In this document: one piece after another, positions 48,899 to 59,615 of the stretch
Numbering within the stretch: the first letter of the stretch is position 1
How the letters are laid out: every line of letters starts with the position of its first letter
Source of the DNA: Felis catus
Taxonomy: Eukaryota
Length of the DNA: 64,000 nt
NCBI RefSeq assembly: GCF_018350175.1
Contig: NC_058368.1
Span: forward strand, 133,116,001 to 133,180,000
Direction: 5' to 3'
Position numbers and translations under genes: made by a program
The notes under the pieces: model-generated
The model's database searches: none
The model's input: only the letters and a program-made list of their open reading frames with translations
What the model was told of the DNA's origin: nothing

Positions 48899-50439
48899 GA
48901 CACTGTCTTCTCTGCTGTCCTGCCTACTGCAGCATTCAGTAAGCTTCTGTCTCCTTTGCTCTGCCTCAGGTGAATTCTTTCACCACCTGCCACTGGCCTC
49001 CACCCAATTGGGTCGCCCCACATGTGGTGTCTTGTACAGGCAGTCTCTGCTGGGCTGGGACTCTCCCTGGGTGCTCTGGGAGTTTGTGGGGATTTTTCCT
49101 CAGTAGACTGACTCTCCTTGTTTCTCCTTTGGGAACTGGTTTCCTCCTGCTGAGATTACTCCTTCATGAAGATCCGAAGCCCTAGGGGGAACCAGTAGAT
49201 GGCCTTTGCCTGAAACGGGGAAGAATTTCCCCTCATGCTCTTGGAGGGATCCTTCCCTCTTTCTCCTTTCTCTTTCTGGTCCTTCTGCAGTCTAACCCTA
49301 GTACTCCTCAGACAATGAAAGTCTCTGGTCAGGGCAGCCCCCAGTGTGGTCTGAAGCTCTGAGGGTGAGCAGGTCAGACTCCCTGAACTAGTGAGGGTGA
49401 AGGAAGGTCCGCTTTCCTCTCCTCTCCCACTCTGTCCCCCCTAAAGTCTCCATTTCCAATGCACGGTGTAATTGGTAGCTGAAACTTGTCCAGGGGGAAT
49501 TTGTACATGGTATGGAGTCGGTTGAGACCCTTCCCTGATGCTGGCTATCCTCTGCCCTGCTTTTATCAGACCACCCTCCTTTTCTCCTTTGTTCCTGTGG
49601 ATCCAGCTGCCATCTTGATCTACAGGCATAATACGTTACTATGCCTCTGAGTAACTTCCTCCCTCAGGGTCCTTTAAATACAAGGATGATTTTCCTGGAA
49701 AGAAACCTGATCATGGCTATCCTGGCTTCTTCCCTTCTTAGGACCCCTAGCCTCAATACCCATACTAATTATTGGTCCCCTTCCCTTTAATCTCTGTGGC
49801 AAATTTGTCTCTTTTCTTATCCAACAATTCCATGTATGACTGATGGTTCAACAAGGATTCTAGCCCATACCATTAGAGTATCCCCCCCCCCCTAAATTCC
49901 ATGGAGCTGACCACCAAGGAGTTTCACTCAAATCACCTATCTGCAAAATGATATAATACCATGCTCTGGTCTGTAACTGCATAGAAACCCTGATGGAATG
50001 ATGAGTTTAGGTGGGGACAGCATACCCCCTCTGTCCAGTGTGAAGCAGCTACCGAAGATGAGGCCTCCACCAAATGTCAAAGATTTGTGATTGTTGATCT
50101 GTCAGGGGGGAATGTGGAGGCCCGTTTTAGGCAGTAGACTTGAGCAACAGAGACCTGAGTAAGGCAAAAGGGCCCGTAGTGACCACTGGGCCGAATGTAG
50201 GCAGGCTCATTGAACAACCCACCTCAAAATAGTCTTAGGCCCTAGCTGACCCATGGGGCTTCTTGCAACCAGGCATAGGTACCAAAAAAGGAAAGTTCCA
50301 TACCTTCTCATACCTTCTCGCTCCCCCACTTCACTATAGCCCCCCACTGCTGCCTCCTGGCAGTCTCTCCTTTGCTGTCCTCCCGCTGCTCTTTTGCAGT
50401 ATGTTCAATAAACGTCTATCTCCTTAAAAAAAAAAAAAA
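48899..50439 (+). mobile_element. Processed (polyadenylated) class I ERV retrocopy: R-U5-PBS-leader-env remnant-PPT-U3-R-polyA
   Basis: R-like segment at both ends (48899-48957 and 50359-50425); U5 ends CA at 49022; PBS-like tggtgtcttgtacagg at 49025; PPT aggggggaa directly before TG at 50113; AATAAA at 50407; A14 at 50426-50439. Confidence 0.8.
49714..49872 (+). pseudogene. Gammaretroviral-type env TM anchor and cytoplasmic tail remnant
   Basis: Manual translation WLSWLLPFLGPLASIPILIIGPLPFNLCGKFVSFLIQQFHV*LMVQQGF*PIP, matching the WLLPxLGPL…GPCxxNxLxxFVS pattern; 2 stops. Confidence 0.85.
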
Positions 50440-50959
50440 GCCAAAAACCCAGCTTAGAGCTGATTTGGAGGCGTAGGTCCTTCTGACACTATTTCTGGTC
50501 TCGTTCCTGAGATGGATGCAGTTATTTTTACTCTCACCACTCATGGCTTACAGCTCACTGATTCTGATAAATGGGGAGTCTTTTCTTGGCACACCCTATA
50601 GATCAACTTCTGGGACCTTCTCTCCGTTGGGTCTCTGGCTGCTCACAGAGGAGGGACTCTCACAGAAGAAGAGAAGAGAGATTAGTCAGCAGGAACCTGC
50701 AGCTCGACTCTGTGTCCCCTACCCACTACCCGGCCATTCTGCAGACCACTGTCTTTAAGTTATTCTCAAATTTTTCCTATTCCTGTGCTCGTGAACATCC
50801 AGGGTTCTTCGGCCATGCCAAACTCTCTCTCTCAGGGAAAGTGAGCCTGTGCCAAAGGTGGCAGATAGCTCACCCCAACCAAAATACTGATAAACTAGAG
50901 GGTTGTGCCCAGGGATGCAGGGCACCCAACAGTAATACAACTCATGGTTGGCAGGACAC

Positions 50960-50982
50960 TTTTTTCTTTTTTAATGTTTATT

Positions 50983-51046
<64 letters not shown>

Positions 51047-51211
51047 AGCAGGGGAGGTGCAGAGAGAGAGAGGGAGACACAGAACCTGAAGCAGGCTCCA
51101 GGCTCTGAGCTGTTAGCACAGAGCCCGATGTGGGGCTTGAACCCACATGTCGTGAAATCATGACCTGAGCCGAAGTCGGATGCTTAACGGACTGAGCCAC
51201 CAAGGCACCCC
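50960..51211 (-). mobile_element. CAN-SINE with long (GA)n
   Basis: SINE body; (GA)n at 50986-51042; TSD-like ggacactt. Confidence 0.93.
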
Positions 51212-51865
51212 ATCAGCCGGACACTTCTTAACAGCAGATAGGGAAGCATGATGGGGTTTGCAGCATCTCATCCAGTTTCCTCGCACCAGCTGCTGGAGTC
51301 CAGGAGAACACAGCCCTACCTCTGTGCTCTCACCCCTGCTCCCAGAATATGCTCTTTCTTCCCAGTGAAAGTTTCTCAGGTCAAATTGCCCCAAGTTTTA
51401 CTTACTCTCGGTCTTGGAGAACCTTGCTCGTTTAGCCTGGTACCTGTCAGTTCTGGGTGGGATTTGCCTGCCTCCAGGAAGACAGGGTTCATCCAGTCCA
51501 GCTGAACACTGAGTACATAGTATCTACTTAATGAATGCTGGTTGAATGGAAGGCAGATGGGGCTGAACACAGGGATGGTCTTTGCCACGTAGAATTCTCG
51601 AATTCTGGAAATGATTTTCATGGAGGGGAACATTGCCTTGTATATCGAGAGTGATGGCCTGGTGCAGGTTTATTACTTAGTTACCCACAGATCAGCTGGG
51701 GTGGGTCATGTGGATGAGGAAGTCTGGGGTTGAACAGAAACACCTAGTGTGCCTAGTGTGCCCACACTGTGATATTAGAGGAGCATGGGGGGGTCTGAGC
51801 AGCTCAGGAGGCCTCTGAGAAGGGCGTAGGCTGCCTAAAACCCCATCAATCTCAGTAAATGGCAA

Positions 51866-52025
51866 CAGGGCTGGCTGCATAGTTTGCAGGGCCCAGTTCA
51901 AAGTGAAAATGCAGAGCCCAGTGTTCAAAAATTACTAAGAATTTCAAGACAACGACAGCAGAACATTAAACTAAGTGTGGGCCGTGTGTGACTGCTCAGG
52001 CCACATACCCATGAAGCTGGCTCTG
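51866..52025. mobile_element. MER45A-like hAT-Tip100 MITE
   Basis: TIRs cagggctggct / agctggctctg; internal gggcccagttcaaagtgaaaatgcag…taagaatttcaagac. Confidence 0.78.
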
Positions 52026-52051
52026 GGTAGGAGTCATCAGCTGTCCCATTT

Positions 52052-52401
52052 AAAAAAAAGATTTTTTAATGTTTACTTATTTTTTGAGAGAGAGAGAGAG
52101 AGAAAATGAATGAATGGGGGAGGGGCAGAGAGAGAGATGCAGAATCTAAAGCAGGCTCCAGGCTCTGAGCTGTCAGCACAGAGCCCAATGTGGCGCCCTA
52201 TCTCATGAACCATGAGATCATGACCTGAGCGGAAGCTGGATGCTTAACCGACTGAGCCACCCAAGCACCCCTAAAAAAATTTTTTTTTAATGTTTATTTA
52301 TTTTTGAGAGAGAGAGACAGAGAGTGACTGGAAGAGGGGCAGAGAGAGGGAGACAAAGAATCCAAAGCATGCTCCAGGCTCCGAGCTATCAGGACAGAGC
52401 C
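52052..52401 (-). mobile_element. Tandem CAN-SINE pair (full 52052-52271 plus 5'-truncated 52273-52401)
   Basis: One outer TSD ctgtcccattt at 52041-52051 / 52402-52412. Confidence 0.9.
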
Positions 52402-52559
52402 CTGTCCCATTTTTGAAAGTAGCTGAGTCAGGTCCTCTGTGAGGAGGTCCCCTTTTACTATCTTACTGGCCCATTGCATTAAGCCCACTTTTCTCTGGTT
52501 CTGGACCCACCATGTTTGTTCGATCTTACTCCCCCCTCCATTGTTAGTTGTTCTGTATA

Positions 52560-52785
52560 GCTCATAATGCTGTTAGTGTTCATCTAGGTCTACCGTGCCC
52601 CTGGGAAAAGTGTTTATGGATGTTATCTCTCTAATCCTTTCAGAAGCACTTGGTGGTGTTTCTACCTCCATTTTCTAGAGACAAAAAGTGATTTGGCTAA
52701 GGCCACATAACTGATAAGTGATAGAACCAAGATCACAATGGCTTCAAAAAGCCATGCCCTTTGCATTTACCACCTAGGCTTCAAG
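52560..52785 (-). mobile_element. MIR
   Basis: atctctctaatcct…ctccatttt…gtgatttggctaaggccacataactgataagtg. Confidence 0.7.
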
Positions 52786-55700
52786 GACATCATTGTGTCT
52801 TGTTAACTTTTGTGTCATTATACAATCGGCAATACGTATGTGTGCGTGCGTGTGTATATTCATATTGAAGGCCAGGGTTTGTGACAAGAAAAGCAGACAG
52901 AGATGACACTAGAGATAATTAGGAGTCTCGGCTCCTGGGTAGCACTCTCCTAACATCAGCACAGCGCCATCCTGTGGTTTCTGAGTACCCTGAAAGAAAG
53001 GTGGCTGCTGTATGCTAGGAGCCCTGGATTTCGGGGCTCCACTGAGGTTAGGGGTTCCCTGACTCAGGCCTGATTTTCATGTCTTCCCACCTCTCACAGG
53101 TACGAAGCCAAATGCATTCTCCTGGCTCATCATCTGCCTCAAACTCATCTCTTCTCCAGCTGGGGGTCTGGGATGACAATGTAGAAACTAAACAACATGG
53201 TATTCTTTCTTTTCCTGAAGACTCAGCCAGAGCAGGTCTGGATCAGCCATCTCTGCTCCTTCCCCAGGGCTTCACCCTGACCTCTGTCAGCCTTCCAGAG
53301 GGCTCCTCCCAAGCAGAAGGCAGTCCCAATCGCTTCCATCCCTCCAGGACAGAGAGGAAAGAGCAAATGAACACCCAAGTAAGGAGATCGTTTTTTAATG
53401 ATGCCAAAGTTTCCACTTAGAAATCTTGAGAGGTGAGAAGGGCATAGGAGGTGAGCGGTATTCTAGGTGAGGCTATTGTATGTGGCTGAGGCCTTATTTT
53501 ATGCTTAATTGGATCCCTTTCCTTTGGGGAGCCTGCAGGAAATTGGGAGGGCGGGTTTGGCCAACACTGTAGAATTTATGTAAAATAAAGCCGCATTGCC
53601 CTCCTGCCTTTTTTTTCCCTCCTGCTTTTTGAAGCAAGACTCACACACACACTTCACCGAACTTAACACACATACTCCACTGTGAACAGGTATGTGGCCC
53701 GACGCCTTTGGCTTGGATCGCTGTTGTCACTTCCCAGGCTCTACACAGCCTGGACTCTTCATTAGGCCTGGCTCTTGGTGACTTTGGCGTCCTTGCGTCC
53801 CTCCCTCCCGAAGAGCCTCTGCGTCTCTGAGCCGGCCCCCTGATTTAGGAGGCCCGAGGTCACACTCTGCTCTCATCTTCCTTTGTGTGGGATTAGGTTA
53901 GTGCATGTGTGAGGCTTGGGATCTTTCTCAGCCAAGCTCCTCTCCCACTGGTTTACGATTAAGAATAAATTGAGAGGACTCACAGGGATATTCCGTGGAT
54001 TCTTACTGTTTGGGGGAAAGGAGTTGTGCTGGCAAATCTCATTTTGAAACCGTCACTTCTGTGTCCAGAATATTCAGCAGGACAGGTTTTTACATAAATA
54101 ATGTGGACAATTGATTGTATGTGCTTGATGGGCCGAAAGGGATTTCCTCTTTGGAATCACAATTTGAGCGATGAGATTCTGAGAACATTGCAAGCTAACT
54201 GGAGTTTCCATTTGGAAGATCCTGTTCTCTTGAGTCCTTCTGCGTGAGCTGGTTCAGGTTGCATGCTGTTTTGCTCATCTCCTTCCGTGTTTAGGAGCAG
54301 CAGAGGCAGGAAAAAAAACCCTGCCCTTCTGATGTTTATTTGACTGTTGAGGCAAATTGTTTGTTTGCTGAAAAGAACAACATCAAAGACCAAGGGTCTC
54401 TGAAATATTGCTCTGTGTGTGTGTGTGTGTGTGAATATAGGAGTATTTTTTGTGTATGTGAGTGTTCACTTGCTTCCATGTGTGATAGAAAATGAGACGT
54501 GAATGCCAAGCTAAAAATAAAGAACATTTTATAAAGTATTATTTCCTTTTTTCTTTCCTTCCCGCCCGCCGCCACCCCCCCCCCCAAGGCTGCCACCTTC
54601 CAACTGTAATTACACTCTCTATGTAGCACTCGCTGAGGGCCAGTTCCCTGGGTCTGTGCACACTGTTGCATTGTCATGTTTATCTTTCCACATAGAACTG
54701 AGCTTGAAAGACAAAAGGGAGGATCAGGTTGCCTGCATCTGAGGGAAGACAGAAGCCAGCTGAAATGTGAGACCGTGGCTCTGTCTACACGTCTGACTGT
54801 AGAGAGCGATTCTAGCCGCTGGCCTCAGCGCTCAGACAGTGCCTCCAAACACAGGCAGGCGTCCACAGGCCATTAGAAAAACCATTTCTCCGGAGTATGG
54901 GTCTGCACAGGGAGGATAAGGAAAAGGTGGTAAAAGACTGCCTGAGACTGTAACCACCAGAGACTGCTGATGAAAATTGTGCATAGCTCAAAGAGCGAAT
55001 AGCTCTCAGTTTTCAGTGATTGCACTGGATTTTGAAATTAAACCCAGTGGGGAGAACATACCTGCCTGAGCTTCAAGAGAGGCCAGGGGCTTGTAGACTT
55101 GAGAGCTGAGAGCATCTATTTTTCAAGCCTTCCCTGCCATGTGCCCAGTCTCAGGGTTGGTGATCTCTTGTTAGCCGTGCTTTGAGGCAGAGAAGAAGCC
55201 CATTTTACCCCTCAAGAGGGAGGGAAAAGGGATGGAGGCTCAGGTAGTAAATCACAGCCCTTCTTTGGGTTTGTCCACATCTGGGAGGCTTTAATCCTAC
55301 TCCTCAGGCTACACTTAGGGGTAACATAAACTGCTGAAAATAAAGACCAGCTCTCAGAAAGCCTTAAAGATTTCCAACTGGATTAGAATTTACCCAGTGC
55401 CAAACCGACAGAGGTGCTGGTGGCTTCTTTTTTAGCAAGGGCAGGATTCTAAAGTCAAGGTGGAGCGTGAAAATTGCATGTAGCCACAATTGTGCTGGCG
55501 AATCCCACAAGTCGCTTGCAAGGTAGGCTTCAAGATACTTAGAGCCGTCCCGGATGGGAAATGGTCCTTCTCAAAGCAGAGGGCATATATCCCTGCTCCT
55601 GTGGAGCTCATTGTGGGGCCTGTGCTCTTTGATACCAGACGGGAGCTGTTCTCCCCTGTCTCATCCAGCCAAGTGCGCATGCTTGAGTTTGTTTAAACTG

Positions 55701-55929
55701 AATCTGTAGGATGCAGTCTCACTGCACCCATGGGTGGTCCAAAAAATATGCGTTTGCTATGTGTGGAGGAGAAGGGGAGACTGAGAGAGGGATGGGGGGG
55801 AGGGAGGGAGAGAGAGAGAGGGAGAGAGAGAAAGAGAGAAGAAACCTCTCTCTTAATATCCTTAGCCTGAGCTCAGGGAAACTTTGGTTTCACTGTGACA
55901 TATTTACAGGACCTCTAGCTAACAATAAT

Positions 55930-56110
55930 AGTGAATATATTGCACTGAAAATGTGAGAGGCTCCGGTCTAAGCATTTTCCGTGTTTTAACCCATTCAGTA
56001 TGTACAGTAACTCTGTAAGGTGAACTTTATTATCCCATTTTATAGGTAAGGAAACAAAGTCTTAGAGCCCATTCACAGCTCTGTTCCTGTGGTAGCTTAA
56101 GACGAACATG
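55930..56110 (-). mobile_element. MIR
   Basis: ctaagcattttcc…tattatcccattttataggtaaggaaac. Confidence 0.7.
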
Positions 56111-56645
56111 GCCATCAGGAGCGTGCGAGCAGAGCTCCGGAGAGGAACTGAAACTTCTGGTTTCTTTCACAGGGTGCACTGGGGATGTTGCAACAGGAAG
56201 TCCGCCTCTGCCTGGCCTCTGGGGCTCAATGATGCAGCCAGAGTTAGTTGCCTTGCTTCTCCATCTCTGGGCTTTTGCATAGGCTAGTCCCTCTCCTGTC
56301 CCTCTCTCCTCTTTTTTTCCCATGGGAGCTTTTACCCATCCCTCCTTGGCTCTTGGAGCTGGATCAGAGTCCCCAACACCTGCCTCACCCGTCCCACAGC
56401 TTCCATCCACTTCGTCTTGCTCCCGGACCAAATCCTGAGGCTCTGCAGAACAGGGTTGCTGACTTCTTCCCTGCTCTCTCCCCAGCCCTCAGCACAATGC
56501 CTGGCTTACTGTTCTTAGTCAGTGTGCACTGAATGGATGTCAAGTAAGTGAAGAGCTACAGGGCATCACTTCTTATCCAGTTTCTAAAATATAGGCACCT
56601 TTCATTTAATATCAATAACTCACTTCCAAAAAATCAGATGTTCTG

Positions 56646-56898
56646 GGGGTGCCTGGGTGGCTCAGTGGGTTCAGTGTCTGACTCTTGGTTTCGCCTCAAG
56701 TCGTGATCTCATGGTCCTGAGATTGAGCCTCATGTAGGGTTCTGTACTGAGTGTCGGGCCTGCTTGGGACCGTCTCCCTCCCCCTTTCTCTCTGCCTCTC
56801 CCCTGCTTACTCTCTCTGCTTCTCCCCTGCACACACACTCTCTTTCTATCAGAATAAATGAATAAACATGAAAAAATTTTAGAAAAATAAGTAAAATT
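56646..56898 (+). mobile_element. CAN-SINE
   Basis: TSD aaaatcagatgtt at 56630-56642 / 56899-56911. Confidence 0.92.
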
Positions 56899-57576
56899 AA
56901 AATCAGATGTTGCACATGAACATGCTAACCAGGACCTATTTCATATTATTTAAAATGGGAAAAATTACGCTGTGTTATGCATCATTTCCAAATTCCTAAC
57001 CAACTTCCTAAAATGTTAACTGAAACATAGCAAAACACCTACATGCAACTAAAAGACTCTCATGTTAGGATGTAGAATGCTTAAGACATTCCTTCCCAGT
57101 CCCAGACTGTTAATGCAGCTATTGACAAGCAACTTGTTCTGTGTGTAGTAAATCCTCTCTTCCAGTGCCATGGCTTCCCTCCCTGGCTTTATTTTGTTTT
57201 CCAAGTGTTGCTTCAACACTTTCCCAAATCTTGGGAGTCTTGTAGAATACAAAGCAAAAATCAGGGCCAATCACCCAGGGCTTGTGGGAATACATTTAGG
57301 TCAAGGACACAACAGGCAGAGGTTGGCTCACACAGAGTATGAATTCTCACCAGTGGAATTTGGAATGTAACTTAAATCTTTCCCTACATACTGTTTTGTT
57401 AAAAAATGATGCATTGACTTTCGGAGTTGTAAGTAGAATTTTTTTCTAAAACTCCTACTTCGCCTGAAAAATATTTTTTTTATAGCCAGTACCTGCCTTC
57501 CTCCTGTTTTTCCTTTTGTTTTTCTTTCCTTCTTTCTTTCAAAGTGATTGATTCTATAAAATGTGGGCACGACGTA

Positions 57577-58060
57577 TGAAGGCATTCAGAATATGCCACT
57601 GTAGCATCAGGATTATTTTGAGCAGAAGGCATTTAAAAATCCACACATTCGGGAAGAGGCTTTCTCTGCACTCCCCTTACCTGCCTAAAAGCACAACTTT
57701 CCAAAAGAATTCAACCATCACAAATTGGCTTTTAGGGGAGGCTTCCCACATTAAGAGGGAAAGAGATGAGCAGTCAGCGGTGGGTACAGAAACAGACCTT
57801 AGTAAAACAAAACTTACGAGTTTCCCCATATATTTCTCAGTTATTCTCACTATTTATTGACATTTAATAAGACATTAAGATGTATATATGTTCTACATTC
57901 TAACCACTTCTTGAGCCACTTTCTTTGTGAGCTCCCACTTAGGTAATTGAATAAACTTTGTCTCTTCTTTTGCTAATCTGTCTTGTGACAGTTTAATTTT
58001 CTTGCCACCAAATACTGAACCTAAGAGGGTAGAGGAAAAGTTTTTCCTTCTTCATGCCAC
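57577..58060 (+). mobile_element. ERV1 solo LTR (MER34-like)
   Basis: tgaagg…cagaatatgccact…ggattattttgagc…cctgcctaaaagca…aataaactttg…gaacctaagagggtagaggaaaagtttttcc. Confidence 0.8.
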
Positions 58061-58453
58061 AAGTTTTTCCTCCTTGATCCCTGACAATTCTGCAATGTAT
58101 GCCTCTGTTTTCAAACTTTAGAAAGAGAAAATTTATTGAACAGATGTCATGATATGTCATTGCTTACTATGCCTGAATAGAACAGAGCCCTGTCTTTTCT
58201 GAAATTTGCATGAATAGTGATGCCTACATGGTTCACCTGTCAGTCCTCTAGGGGCCCCAAACCTGTGCCCAACTCTGAGGCCATGACCTTGAAGTAGGAT
58301 CAAATCCTGGTTGAGGAAGCTGCTTGCATGGCTCTTGGGTCCTGGCCATCCTTCTATGTGTCTGTACTATGGAAATACTCAACATTCTTGCTTCATCAGA
58401 ATTTCTCCATTTGATTAGGACACCCAGACCTTGGTTATAAAAGCTAATATCTA

Positions 58454-58675
58454 GGGCGCCTGGGTGGCGCAGTCGGTTAAGCGTCCGACTTCAGCCAGGT
58501 CACGATCTCGCGGTCCGTGAGTTCGAGCCCTGCGTCGGGCTCTGGGCTGATGGCTCAGAGCCTGGAGCCTGTTTCCGATTCTGTGTCTCCCTCTCTCTCT
58601 GCCCCTCCCCCGTTCATGCTCTGTCTCTCTCTGTCCCAAAAATAAATAAACGTTGAAAAAAAAATTTAAAAAAAA
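58454..58675 (+). mobile_element. Young felid SINE (SINEC_Fc2-like)
   Basis: Near-identical to the 1128 and 8429 copies; perfect TSD aaaagctaatatct at 58439-58452 / 58676-58689. Confidence 0.96.
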
Positions 58676-58719
58676 AAAAGCTAATATCTTATGATAGCAA
58701 AGACACTAATACTGGTTTT

Positions 58720-58885
58720 TCTCTTCTTTCAACTGGTAATAGAATCCCTGAATTTTAGCTGGGCATAGAATGTAGATACATTGCCCAGCAGATAGGTGTG
58801 GCCATATGACTTGTTCTCACCTGCAGAATGTGAATGGAAGTGATGTATGTCACCTCTGGGGTGATATCTTTTGGAAGACAGGAGG
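58720..58885. mobile_element. Old MLT1 LTR fragment
   Basis: gtgtggccatatgact…gaatgtgaatggaagtgatgtatgtcacctctggg. Confidence 0.65.
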
Positions 58886-59413
58886 TCAAGAAAGATCCTC
58901 AACTTCGTCACATAAGCTGTTTTGTCCAAGATGGGTTCTGTGCAAACTACCAAGAGATCACAGTTGCACAGCTCACCTCTGGTGAAACCAGAAACATGTT
59001 CAGCCCAGTGCCTGGAATGAAATAGATCCTCACCAGATACATATGTGTTGAGTGAATAAGTGGGTAAATACATGAGTGGAGTACATAGAAATCTAGGTAT
59101 TCATGCTGAAAGGTGGTCATCTTTACTTATTCAGGATAGATGACTTATGAACCAGACTGTCTTAGTTCATCTTTCACTGGCTACTACTGTTACCCATACC
59201 TCTTCATTACCTGTATGAGATCCTTCTAACTTGGTCATGGTAGCACTGTCCTTATTTTGTGGGTCCATCCATGCATGATGCTGATCCTAACTTCTCATAA
59301 TGTTTAGGGGCCAATAAAGAAATAGAGTTGAAACTAAGACATAATATTTGTGGAATATATTCCACCCAGTTCTATATCATAGCCAGTTTCTTTCTTTTAA
59401 AAACTTGTTCCTT

Positions 59414-59615
59414 GGGGCACCTGCGTGGCTCAATCAGTTAAACATCCAACTTTGGCTCAGGTCGTGATCTCACAGTTTGCGCGTTTGAGCCCCGTGTCAG
59501 GTTCTTTGCTGACAACTCAGAGCTTGGATCCTGCTTCAGATTCTGTGTCTCCCTCTCTCTCTGCCTCTCCCACCCTCCCCTCAAAAATAAAATAAACACT
59601 AAAAAGATTTTTTTA
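59414..59615 (+). mobile_element. CAN-SINE
   Basis: ggggcacctgcgtggctca head; TSD-like ttgttcc. Confidence 0.92.

Noticed and set aside
48882..50454. TSD for the ERV retrocopy (aaaaattccccaaact vs aaaaacccagct)
   Set aside because: Too degenerate to call by eye; only the endonuclease-like site is reported.
6147..58639. Recurrent short ORFs such as MISQFVSSSP…, ERGRGRERGRHRIG…
   Set aside because: All map to CAN-SINE bodies, not a gene family.
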